Source of the DNA: Verrucomicrobiota bacterium
Lineage (GTDB): Bacteria; Verrucomicrobiota; Verrucomicrobiia; Opitutales; Cerasicoccaceae
Assembly (NCBI GenBank): GCA_039818205.1
Contig: JBCBUK010000003.1
Span: 410,165-422,373 of the forward strand
DNA: 12,209 bases
Direction: 5' to 3'
The translations under genes were made by a program, and so were the position numbers. Positions 1-8,196 of the stretch are shown here, one piece after another (within the stretch, counting starts at the first letter, position 1; every line of letters begins with the position of its first letter). Under the pieces are notes generated by a model. The model ran no database searches and was not told the DNA's origin. It worked only from the letters and a program-made list of their open reading frames with translations.

Positions 1-110
1 CTTTCTACCATCAAAGTAACTCCGCAACAGGTCTACCAACTCAGAGGGTCGGCAGCGCTGAAACAGCTAGTTCTTGGTAAGCAATCCGCGGTCGATGAGA
101 TGGTAGAAAG
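1..110. repeat. Perfect 12-bp inverted repeat (CTTTCTACCATC 1-12 / GATGGTAGAAAG 99-110) flanking an 86-bp inverted coding segment
   Basis: The two arms are exact reverse complements. Plus-strand frame 1 from base 1 reads LSTIKVTPQQVYQLRGSAALKQLVLGKQSAVDEMVE, which starts with the same LSTI as the minus-strand ORF at 110-99. Confidence 0.9.
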
Positions 111-1223
111 TTTAAGCACTTCCACTTGGTTTTTGATTGTCGTCAGGTTTGTCCAAATAGCGTCATTAGGTTGCGTATCCACATTCAGAAAATCGACATA
201 GTAATGCGGCAGATCTTGGCCCATTGGAAGGACGACTATATCTTGTTGCGTGAGATAGTCGATGGCGGCAATGCGTGCAGACTGCTCTCGTTGTTGAGCC
301 TGCTTGGCAATCTCATCAACGATTGGACCTGGCGCGCCTTGGGCTACCCAATGTGTAATGATGAGAATTTCTTCCGGCGAGGGCCGTATTTTCCCTTCGG
401 GCGGCATTGCCATGTCATCTTCTTCTGGCAACCAGAGTAGCTCAACCAGATAGCTTTCGTTGGGTTTGCCAGGAACGATAGGGGTTTCCTGGCTGCTGCC
501 AGCAACAAGAAGGTTTTTGAAAGTGTCTAGCCGATATCGACTTTTCTGCTTTTCGGGGCCATGGCAGCTCACGCAATATTGTTGGAAGATAGGTTCGATT
601 TGATTGCGATATACGTCATTCGAATCGGTCGGCGCGTCTGCTGATAGGTCTCGTAGATTCTCGCGTTGGGCGAACCAACTGGGTGCGTATTCGGTCAGAT
701 AGTTCGCGCCATGGGTTAGACTTCCTCCGAGGTGTCCGACGAATCCAATGAGCAACGATAGCGTCAGCAGCGATCCGTAGTAGGCTGCCTTCCGAATGCG
801 GGAGTGTTCTTCATGGTTTTCCTCTCTGAGGAGCAGTAGAACTAGGGTTCCAGCTGCGAATGCCACGCCAAGCGACTTGTGCCAGAATGCGGTTGATCCG
901 GTGTAGTCATCATTGGCTGCTAACAGTAGGCCAAAGGATGCAGCAAATACTGCGCTTACTGCTGTGAGGAATAATACGACTCGCGCAGCAAAGGCGAGAC
1001 CAGGCGTATTGTCTCGCAGTCGGATGATTTCCAGGATGCATAATCCCGCGAACAAACCAATTGGTAGATGTAGGACAACGGGATGAAGGCGTCCAAGGAA
1101 TCTAGTCCAGTTATCATCAGTAAACTGAGGTGAGCCAAGCTCAGTGACGAGTAGGGTTACACCGAGAAGAATCAGTCCAAATGAAAACAGGACCCATGAG
1201 TGGGGTGATTGGCGTAAACGCAT
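33..1223 (-). CDS. Membrane protein: DUF2231-like His-containing TM domain + planctomycete-type cytochrome c (PSCyt1) domain + start of an LRR domain. The 3' end is disrupted by an inversion at 1-110, so the true gene probably extends past the window's left edge.
   Basis: About 5 hydrophobic segments with FLGRLHPVVLHLPIG, WHKSLG and GHLGGSLTHG motifs. Heme motif CVSCH (561-575) is followed by IVPGKPNESYL...MPP...WVAQGA, typical of PSCyt1. The C-terminal QVEVLKLSTI begins an LRR. The last 21 aa (SSTADC...LSW) derive from inverted DNA. Confidence 0.85.
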   Translation of the reverse strand: MRLRQSPHSWVLFSFGLILLGVTLLVTELGSPQFTDDNWTRFLGRLHPVVLHLPIGLFAGLCILEIIRLRDNTPGLAFAARVVLFLTAVSAVFAASFGLLLAANDDYTGSTAFWHKSLGVAFAAGTLVLLLLREENHEEHSRIRKAAYYGSLLTLSLLIGFVGHLGGSLTHGANYLTEYAPSWFAQRENLRDLSADAPTDSNDVYRNQIEPIFQQYCVSCHGPEKQKSRYRLDTFKNLLVAGSSQETPIVPGKPNESYLVELLWLPEEDDMAMPPEGKIRPSPEEILIITHWVAQGAPGPIVDEIAKQAQQREQSARIAAIDYLTQQDIVVLPMGQDLPHYYVDFLNVDTQPNDAIWTNLTTIKNQVEVLKLSTISSTADCLPRTSCFSAADPLSW

Positions 1224-1255
1224 GCGGCTAGAAAGCGAGATCCAGGATAATTGGG

Positions 1256-2653
1256 TCAGGCGAGGATCTCGGGGATGATTTCTCCATGGACATCGGTTAA
1301 TCGAACATCACGTCCGCCGTATCGGTAGGTTAGCCTCGTGTGATCAATGCCCATCAGATGCATCATATTCGCGTGTAGGTCGTGAACGTCCATTTTATTT
1401 TCAATGACTCGGTAGCCATACTCATCGGTTGCCCCGTAGATGGTGCCGCCTTTTACGCCGCCACCAGCCATCCATAGACTAAACCCCTGTGGGTTGTGGT
1501 CGCGCCCGTTCTTTCCCTGAGCAAAGGGCGTCCGTCCGAACTCACCGGAGAATACGATCAGCGTGCTGTCCAGGAGCCCGCGGGCCTTCAAGTCTTTGAT
1601 CAAACCTGCAATTGGTTGATCTACCGTGAATGCATTGAGCTCGTGACCTTCGACAAGATTTTTGTGCTGGTCCCATCGGTCCGCAGCAACTTTTGGCATC
1701 GTTAGTTCGACAAAGCGGACGCCCTGTTCTACGAGGCGCCGAGCAATAAGGCATTGGGCACCATACTCGCGAGTATCTGTGTGCGGCGAGTCCATCCCGT
1801 AAAGTCGTTTCGTGGCGACGGATTCTTTGGAAATATCCGACACCTCCGGCACTTCCATTTGCATTCGGTACGCAAGTTCATAGTTCTGGATCGCTGTTTC
1901 AATCTCATCGGCATGCGAGTAGTGGTCGAACAAACTGCGATCAATGCTATCTAGGTAATCGAGCTTCTTGCGTTGCATCTCGCTAAGTTCCTCGCGAGGT
2001 AAGATATTGTTCATTACGGGATGTTTCGACGCCAGAATGGATCCCTGGTGATTCGCGGGCAAGAATCCGCTGCCAAAAGCCTGCATGCCACCAGGTGGCA
2101 TTAAGCCGCCATTGATTACGACGAAGCTGGGTAAGTTTTGGCTTAGGTTTCCGAGGCCATAAGAGAACCACGCACCCATGCTGGGACGCCCTGACAGGAC
2201 GTGCCCACAGTGAAGCGCATAGTTGGCGTTAGGATGGTTCGGAGAAAGCGCCGTCATTGAACGAATCATACAGAGATCGTCCGCGCATGATCCAATGTGG
2301 GGAAACAGGTCGCTGATCGGCATGCCGCTCTGGCCATAGTGCCTGAATTCCCACGGGCTCTTAAGCAGGTTTCCGTTGTTGTTGAAAACCGTGGGGTCCG
2401 TCTCGAACTTAGGTGATTGCCCATTCTCCTTGTCGAGCTGTGGTTTAGGATCAAACGAGTCCACCTGAGAGACGCCACCGTCCATGTAGAGAAATATTAC
2501 ACTGCGTGCTTTCGGAGCAATGTGAGGGATCTTTGGGGCCAGTGGAGACTGATTGCCAAAAAGATTCTGTTGCACGGCGCCCGATAACGCCAGCATGCCA
2601 AATCCCATGGAGCTGGTTCGGAGAAACTCGCGGCGGCTTGATTGTCTTTTCAT
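1256..2653 (-). CDS. DUF1501 family protein (often auto-annotated 'sulfatase'), Tat-exported, 465 aa
   Basis: Start re-assigned to ATG at 2653 (MKRQSSRREFLRTSSMGFGMLAL, twin-arginine signal), 2 bp after the upstream stop. Family motifs: AKARSVIFLYMDGG.SQ.DSFDPKP, RPSMGAWFSYGLG, CLIARRLVEQGVRFVE, WDQH, GEFGRTP, GRDHNP, HDLHA, RLTDVHG. Confidence 0.93.
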   Translation of the reverse strand: MKRQSSRREFLRTSSMGFGMLALSGAVQQNLFGNQSPLAPKIPHIAPKARSVIFLYMDGGVSQVDSFDPKPQLDKENGQSPKFETDPTVFNNNGNLLKSPWEFRHYGQSGMPISDLFPHIGSCADDLCMIRSMTALSPNHPNANYALHCGHVLSGRPSMGAWFSYGLGNLSQNLPSFVVINGGLMPPGGMQAFGSGFLPANHQGSILASKHPVMNNILPREELSEMQRKKLDYLDSIDRSLFDHYSHADEIETAIQNYELAYRMQMEVPEVSDISKESVATKRLYGMDSPHTDTREYGAQCLIARRLVEQGVRFVELTMPKVAADRWDQHKNLVEGHELNAFTVDQPIAGLIKDLKARGLLDSTLIVFSGEFGRTPFAQGKNGRDHNPQGFSLWMAGGGVKGGTIYGATDEYGYRVIENKMDVHDLHANMMHLMGIDHTRLTYRYGGRDVRLTDVHGEIIPEILA

Positions 2654-2655
2654 GG

Positions 2656-5600
2656 TTAGAATACGTAGATAAATTCTTTTCGATTCATGACGACGTGGCA
2701 AAGAGCTTGCCAAGCCTCGAGGCTTTCTAGTTCTGAAGCGTTTCTCGCTTCAATCATTTGAGCGGTTTCCTTGAGCAGGTCGTAGCTCCACTGTATCTCT
2801 TGATCGGTTGCTGGGCGACCAAATGCCGTGTAGTGAATCTCGTTGATTCGTGCATCTAGATCGTCGATTTCATTGATCAATCGCTCGGCCCAGGCTTTGG
2901 ATTGTTCGTGGACGAATGGAGAGTTCATTAGCGCGAGTGACTGTCCGGGAATGTTGGTTCGGTTGCGCATGCCGGTTGTTTCCGTCGCGTTTGGCATGCC
3001 AAACGCCGAGAGGAAGGACGGAAGAAAACTCCGGCGAATCTCCATGTAAACCGACCGCCGCCCGTCTCCATCCAACGGTCCTGATTTCGGGCGACCACGA
3101 GCCGCCGGTAGATCATCCACATATGCCTTGGGGCTGGGGCCGAACATCTCGGTATTGAGTGTGCCGCTACACAGTAATATGTGGTCACGGATCTGCTCTG
3201 CTTCCAAGCGTTTTATCGGCATACGCTGGAGATAGATGTTGTCTGGGTCGAGTTCAATGGCCTCACTACTTGGCACGCTCGACATTCGATAGGTGGATCC
3301 CAGGACCAACTGACGAATCAACTGCTTAACTGACCAGTCGTTGTCCATGAAATCATTGGACAGGTAGTCTAAGAGCTCAGGGTGGGACGGTTGGGTGCCA
3401 AGCATTCCGAAGTCATCGACCGAGGAAACTATGCCTCGCCCAAAGAGATAGTGCCAGACTCGATTGACCATTACGCGGGATGCAAATGGATTCTGCTCTG
3501 CCGAAATGTAATTCGCGAATTCCTTTCGACCACTACCGGATCCGGTGAGAGTGTGCCCGCCTAAGCCATCCAGATTCCGGCGTGGATTATCTTCTTTGGA
3601 TAGATTCTTGTGATGCCCGCGAATGTAAATGGGCACGTTCTGTTGGGTGCCTTCGGTTAGGCTGCGGACAAAACGAGGTTCTGGGATTTGTCGCTCTACC
3701 AACCGATGAGCAGTAACTGCTGCATTGAGCTCTGGGCTGCGATCTGCGCCGGCCCGTACTAAGCCCGCTTCGAACATTGCGCCCAAAACTTCTGCGTCAG
3801 CGGAGGTGAGTGTGTTGGCTTCCGCTAGGTGTAAAAGCCGTTTCACAACGATTTCTGGTTCACGATCCTCCCAGACCAATTGCCAGTCGGGTAGGGGCAG
3901 GGTGCTGACACTCACGAAGGCATTACTTGAAACCGGCTTGATTGATTGGTGAGGCATGAGCGCCTTGGTCGCATTTCCTCCGTGAACAATCTCGAGGTAT
4001 GCCGGTTCGCCTTCCCAAAGCTCCGGCCAAAAGACGATATGCTGCCAAGATTCTTGGTTGACTGACTGCGATAGCAGACCAGTTGTTGGGCCGCGCCCCG
4101 CAAGTTCGTAGTTGCGCACGACTAAACGTACGGTTGCTTCGTTGCCGCGTGCGTACAATTGAATTGGTTTCCCATCGAGGATAAAGTCGGGGCTGCGAAT
4201 TGTGCCGGTTATGTGACCCGACCACATCCCCGCGTTTGGCTTGCTGGCATCGATAATTGTTCGAATAACGCGCTGGTCGTTGTTGGGGGAGAATTTGTAA
4301 CGCGCGGTGGATTCACGATTGTCTTGGAACGCCGGGCCGCTCGCCATCCAATCATTGAAGTCCGTCTTGAATGAAGAGTGAACTTTCTTAACCGTTTTGG
4401 GAACGGTTTCGCTCTCTGGCGAACCGGAGAGATACCGGAAGAGTGGTTCGAGCTGCGGCCATTGACTGTGCCGCTCGGGCAAGGCGACGTAACTTACCCA
4501 TGACTCGAGCACGAGTGCATCGAGGTTCTTGTTCTTGGCAGTTTCTTCGATTGCCGGCGAAAGCCCTTCACTGAATCTTGCGACTGGATCAAATTGTGCC
4601 TTATCTTCTTGTTTGTTGGCTGCTTTAAGCTTCTCCTTCTCCGCCTCGTAGGCATCAAGTGCCTGTTGGTAGGTATCGGTTTCAATGAGTTCTTTGAGGG
4701 CTGCTTCGTAGCTTGTAAACTGATCGGCGTCTTCACTTGCGTCCGCGAGGGCGGCTCGTCGTAGTGTTGGTTCTAGTTTCTTTAGTCGCTTTTGGACTTC
4801 GAGTTGTGTCTGGGCACTCACACTATTTGTAATGTCCAAGCGAGAGCTGCGAAGCATGCCGTACAACGAATAGTAGTCGCCCGTGCTAATCGCATCAAAC
4901 TTGTGATCGTGGCACCTTGCACAAGCGACGGTTAGTCCGAGATAGGCTTTGCTCGCGGTGTCGATAACATCGCTAAATACGCGCGCTTCATCCTCGTGAA
5001 TATCGGGCGGTCCATGTTGGCCAACCGTTAAGAACATGAAGCCCGGTCCGTGTATGGATTCGTTTATGAGGCCATCTTCGCTATAGCGTGGTTCGTCGAT
5101 GAGGTCTCCCGCGAATGATTCCTGGATGAACTTGTTGTAGGGGACGTCAGCATTGAATGCCCGAATCAGATAGTCGCGATATTGGTAGGCGTAGGGCATT
5201 GTGTAGTCGAATTCGAATGCTTTTGTTTCACCGTATCGTATGATATCCATCCAGTGTCGTGCCCATTTTTCCCCGAAATGAGGTGATGCCAATAAACGAT
5301 CGACTTGTTTCTCGTAGGCGTCGGAAGAGGAGTCGTTCAAGAAGGCTTCCATTTCCTCCTTGGTCGGGGCGAGTCCGATGAGGTCGAAACTTAAACGGCG
5401 GAGTAGATGTGATTTACTCGCTGGTTCAGAAGGAGACCATCCTTTCGATTCCAGCGCGGCCAAAACGAAGTGGTCGTAGTCTGCGTTTGGCCAATTGGTG
5501 TTTTTGACCAACGGGACCGGGTAGTCTCTAACGGGTTGGAATGACCACCACTTTCTGCGCTCGTCTAAATCAAATTCCTCGATGCCAGCGTGTTCATCGA

Positions 5601-6000
5601 TGGATTGGTCGCGCGGGTCGTAGGCGCCTTCATTGATCCATTTTACGAGGTCTTCGATCTCGTTGGGCTTGAGTTTCGATTTCGGTGGCATCGCTTCGAC
5701 GTCCGAATCGTGTCGGACCATGCGAATCAGCAAACTGTTTTCGGCATCACCTGGATAAATAACCTGGCCGGAGTCACCACCTCGTTGCCATCCAGCCTTG
5801 GAGTCGAGCAAGAGCGAACCTTTAACTTTTTCGGATTCTACCGCATGACATTGGTAACAGTGCTCACTCAAGACTGGGCGGACTCGGTTCTCAAAGAACT
5901 GCCGCTGGCTTGCTGTTTGTTCAGTTTCCGGTTCTGCATGAACCCCGGTTGCAACAGCGATGATCACCATGCTGATGTATAGATACCAAGACCGTCTCAT
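2656..6000 (-). CDS. PSD1 / planctomycete cytochrome c domain protein (PSCyt1 + DUF1549/PSCyt2 + DUF1553/PSD1), 1114 aa, with Sec signal peptide
   Basis: Signal peptide ending ATGVHA|EP. FFENRVRPVLSEHCYQCH (heme motif 5845-5859), WWSFQPV, LLRRLSFDLIGLAPT, HFGEKWARHWMD, GLTVACARCHDHKFD (4909-4923), SRVMVNRVWHYLFGRGIV, PSHPELLDYL, RLEAEQIRD, RRSVY, QSLALMN, and a C-terminal EFIYV. Confidence 0.95.
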   Translation of the reverse strand: MRRSWYLYISMVIIAVATGVHAEPETEQTASQRQFFENRVRPVLSEHCYQCHAVESEKVKGSLLLDSKAGWQRGGDSGQVIYPGDAENSLLIRMVRHDSDVEAMPPKSKLKPNEIEDLVKWINEGAYDPRDQSIDEHAGIEEFDLDERRKWWSFQPVRDYPVPLVKNTNWPNADYDHFVLAALESKGWSPSEPASKSHLLRRLSFDLIGLAPTKEEMEAFLNDSSSDAYEKQVDRLLASPHFGEKWARHWMDIIRYGETKAFEFDYTMPYAYQYRDYLIRAFNADVPYNKFIQESFAGDLIDEPRYSEDGLINESIHGPGFMFLTVGQHGPPDIHEDEARVFSDVIDTASKAYLGLTVACARCHDHKFDAISTGDYYSLYGMLRSSRLDITNSVSAQTQLEVQKRLKKLEPTLRRAALADASEDADQFTSYEAALKELIETDTYQQALDAYEAEKEKLKAANKQEDKAQFDPVARFSEGLSPAIEETAKNKNLDALVLESWVSYVALPERHSQWPQLEPLFRYLSGSPESETVPKTVKKVHSSFKTDFNDWMASGPAFQDNRESTARYKFSPNNDQRVIRTIIDASKPNAGMWSGHITGTIRSPDFILDGKPIQLYARGNEATVRLVVRNYELAGRGPTTGLLSQSVNQESWQHIVFWPELWEGEPAYLEIVHGGNATKALMPHQSIKPVSSNAFVSVSTLPLPDWQLVWEDREPEIVVKRLLHLAEANTLTSADAEVLGAMFEAGLVRAGADRSPELNAAVTAHRLVERQIPEPRFVRSLTEGTQQNVPIYIRGHHKNLSKEDNPRRNLDGLGGHTLTGSGSGRKEFANYISAEQNPFASRVMVNRVWHYLFGRGIVSSVDDFGMLGTQPSHPELLDYLSNDFMDNDWSVKQLIRQLVLGSTYRMSSVPSSEAIELDPDNIYLQRMPIKRLEAEQIRDHILLCSGTLNTEMFGPSPKAYVDDLPAARGRPKSGPLDGDGRRSVYMEIRRSFLPSFLSAFGMPNATETTGMRNRTNIPGQSLALMNSPFVHEQSKAWAERLINEIDDLDARINEIHYTAFGRPATDQEIQWSYDLLKETAQMIEARNASELESLEAWQALCHVVMNRKEFIYVF

Positions 6001-6243
6001 TTCAATTTGGCTACGTTCAAACGTCTGGAGTTTTTTTTGCGAATGGGCCTAATTAGTGGGATGGTTTACCGGTTTTTGCTAACCAGGCGCGAGCTATCGT
6101 ATATGTATAGCATATTTGAGGTTCAATTACCAATGGGTAGACGACAAGCACTGATACTATTTCCGTATAATTTGTTGAAAGATGTCGCGAATGTGCGTTT
6201 TATTTGAGAAATTATATCGATTGGTCCAAGGTTTCAGTTTCCA
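6001..6243. promoter_or_regulatory. Divergent promoter region between the PSD1-DUF1501 operon and the AraC regulator
   Basis: 243-bp AT-rich gap between divergent starts. TATAAT at 6166-6171 (+) has no convincing -35. Short inverted repeat GCTAT-N9-ATAGC at 6093-6111. T8 run at 6031-6038. Confidence 0.6.
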
Positions 6244-7110
6244 ATGAAAATTAAACGAGAGCTAATTCCCTCTATAGAAAATCGGATTTTCTCGTACAAG
6301 ATTGATATCGATTTATGGCCGGTCTGGCACAACCACCCCGAGATTGATATTCTCTTGTTCCTCAAAAATACCGGGCATCACATAACCGGCGACTTTATTG
6401 GGACGATTCAGCCCGGCAGTCTTTTTTTCAATAGCCCATATATCCCCCACGCATTTACTGCGAACGAACCTGATGAGGGTGACCCAAGTAACCCGGCGAC
6501 CATTGTTATTCAATTCTCGGAAGAGACACTCGGCGAGGAGTTCCTTTCGAAATCTGAAGTAACTCTTATTAAGGAGTTTATTCAGAGCACCCAGCTGTCC
6601 TGCGAGTTCTTTGGGAAAACGCGACGGCAGGTTGCCCAAATAATGGAAGACATGACGAATCAGCGCGGCGTTGAAAGTTTGATGTCCTTTCTTCACATTC
6701 TATTTCTGCTTGCGACCGCGCCAGACGACGAGAAGCGTTCGCTGGTTAGCCCCAATTACACTCCTGTTCTTAATGAGCGGAACGTGAACCGCATTGAAAC
6801 CGTGCGAAAGTGGATTATGGACAACTTGACGGATTCCATTACGCTGGAGCAAGCTGCGAAACAAGTGAACTTAAGCCCTAAGTCCTTCTCCTACTTCTTT
6901 AAGAAAAATACCGGCCGCACCTTTGCGCAGTATATTAAGGAATTGCGTATCGGAATTGCCTGCAGACTCCTTTCAACAACCGACCGTAGTATCCTCGATG
7001 TTTGTTACGCGTCTGGTTTTAACAACCTATCCAACTTCAATCGTCGATTCAAAGAAGTGCGCGAGATGACACCGAAGGAATATCGCAAACTGTTTTCGAG
7101 CATCGGTTAG
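6244..7110 (+). CDS. AraC-family transcriptional regulator (N-terminal cupin-like domain, C-terminal double HTH)
   Basis: N-terminal WHNHPEIDI...GDFIG...PH (cupin-like). C-terminal ITLEQAAKQVNLSPKSFSYFFKKNTGRTF...RIGIACRLL...ILDVCYASGFNNLSNFNRRFKEVREMTPKEYR is the AraC signature. Confidence 0.95.
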   Translation: MKIKRELIPSIENRIFSYKIDIDLWPVWHNHPEIDILLFLKNTGHHITGDFIGTIQPGSLFFNSPYIPHAFTANEPDEGDPSNPATIVIQFSEETLGEEFLSKSEVTLIKEFIQSTQLSCEFFGKTRRQVAQIMEDMTNQRGVESLMSFLHILFLLATAPDDEKRSLVSPNYTPVLNERNVNRIETVRKWIMDNLTDSITLEQAAKQVNLSPKSFSYFFKKNTGRTFAQYIKELRIGIACRLLSTTDRSILDVCYASGFNNLSNFNRRFKEVREMTPKEYRKLFSSIG

Positions 7111-7305
7111 TGGTCGAGAACGGGCTAGGTGATCTGCCTGTCATGCTAGTCGTTCGCTTTGGAAAGGAATCGGACGGTGGAGGGCAAGAGATGGGTCCCG
7201 GACAGAAAATCCGTATGCTGTCTACCGCTGGATCGGTTCGGGAAGCCAAACCAAAGTATATATATTGTGAGCCGTATTGAACGCGATGCTACTGAAGCGT
7301 CCTGC

Positions 7306-8190
7306 CTAGTCGGCAAAGAAAAGGCTAAGCGGTTCAACCAGTGACTCGTCGGTCGTGAAGCAAACCCCACAATGATTAAAGAACTGATAGGCCTGGTCAT
7401 TCAGATGGAGAGGCAATCCCTTGAAATCGCTCGCGGATGCCCCAGCTTCGGCGAATAGACATGAGCTGGCTGCAAAGTCCCAACATGAGCCTCCGCCTAG
7501 CTGCGGCTTAGGGCGTTTGAAATAGATCGCAGGTCGATTCAACAGTACCTCGCAGGCATTGAGCACGGCACCACCGCCAACAATGATTCTACTTCCCCCG
7601 AATCCTTGCTTCTCAGCGAATGCTTTCATTGTTGAACTCCGGCGCTCCCGGTCGGGATCTTCTTCAAAGGCGCAGTCGCAGAAGTAGCTTAGCTCAGACT
7701 CAGCCCGCGGTTTTTGTTCGGCGAGAATCCACTGCCGCCCGTCAATTGAAATACCCTGCCGATGAGTTGCGGTATAGAGTCGTTTTAGAACGGGATCGAA
7801 AACGACTCCAATCATGGGAATGCCGTCTGATCTGACGAGGCCGATCGAGACAGCGTAGCCGGGCTTACGCCTCGTAAACGGAAGCGTCCCATCCATTGGA
7901 TCGATACACCAAAAGTAGTCTTTTACATGACGACTACCATCGTCTGGGGTTTCCTCGGCCAGTAACGCAAGGTCAAATTGCTTGATACTTGGATCAAGCA
8001 ACTCGAGGATTATTGCCTGAGCTTTTTCGTCGACCTCAGTTACAACCTGCGAAGCCAGGCTGTCACCAGCGGACTTGTGCATCACTTCGAAATCACGCTG
8101 GGCAAAATCTGCAATCAATTTACCTGCTTCGCGGGCCGCCATCGCAGCTGCGGCAGTTAATTCTTCAAGTTGTTCGGGTGACAGTTGCAT
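7306..8190 (-). CDS. Inositol monophosphatase / CysQ-like (FIG superfamily) phosphatase
   Basis: VVTEVD, LLAEE, FWCIDPMDGT (DPxDGT metal-binding motif), GVVFDP and WDFAA motifs. Confidence 0.9.
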   Translation of the reverse strand: MQLSPEQLEELTAAAAMAAREAGKLIADFAQRDFEVMHKSAGDSLASQVVTEVDEKAQAIILELLDPSIKQFDLALLAEETPDDGSRHVKDYFWCIDPMDGTLPFTRRKPGYAVSIGLVRSDGIPMIGVVFDPVLKRLYTATHRQGISIDGRQWILAEQKPRAESELSYFCDCAFEEDPDRERRSSTMKAFAEKQGFGGSRIIVGGGAVLNACEVLLNRPAIYFKRPKPQLGGGSCWDFAASSCLFAEAGASASDFKGLPLHLNDQAYQFFNHCGVCFTTDESLVEPLSLFFAD

Positions 8191-8196
8191 CAGCTT

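Noticed and set aside
33..98. Simple frameshift/pseudogene explanation for the odd C-terminus of the first gene
   Set aside because: The LRR-like continuation lies on the opposite strand between inverted repeats, so this is an inversion or fold-back rather than an indel.
2654..2713. ORF-track start at 2713 for the DUF1501 gene
   Set aside because: It overlaps the upstream gene by 58 bp. ATG 2653 places the twin-arginine signal at the N-terminus and sits 2 bp after the upstream stop.
6031..6038. T8 homopolymer 30 bp upstream of the PSD1 start as a phase-variation tract
   Set aside because: Eight bases in an AT-rich intergenic region is unremarkable, and there is no evidence of length variation.
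6007..6207. 66-aa ORF in the divergent promoter region
   Set aside because: TTG start, no recognisable motif, and it occupies AT-rich regulatory DNA. Likely spurious.
7049..7400. Short ORFs (7049-7249, 7146-7400, 7159-7344) and small stems in the convergent gap between the AraC and phosphatase genes
   Set aside because: They overlap real genes and show no motifs. The stems are only 4-5 bp, and no clear intrinsic terminator is present.
7306..8190. Assigning the symbol cysQ or suhB
   Set aside because: The motifs identify the superfamily only. Subfamily and substrate cannot be determined by eye.
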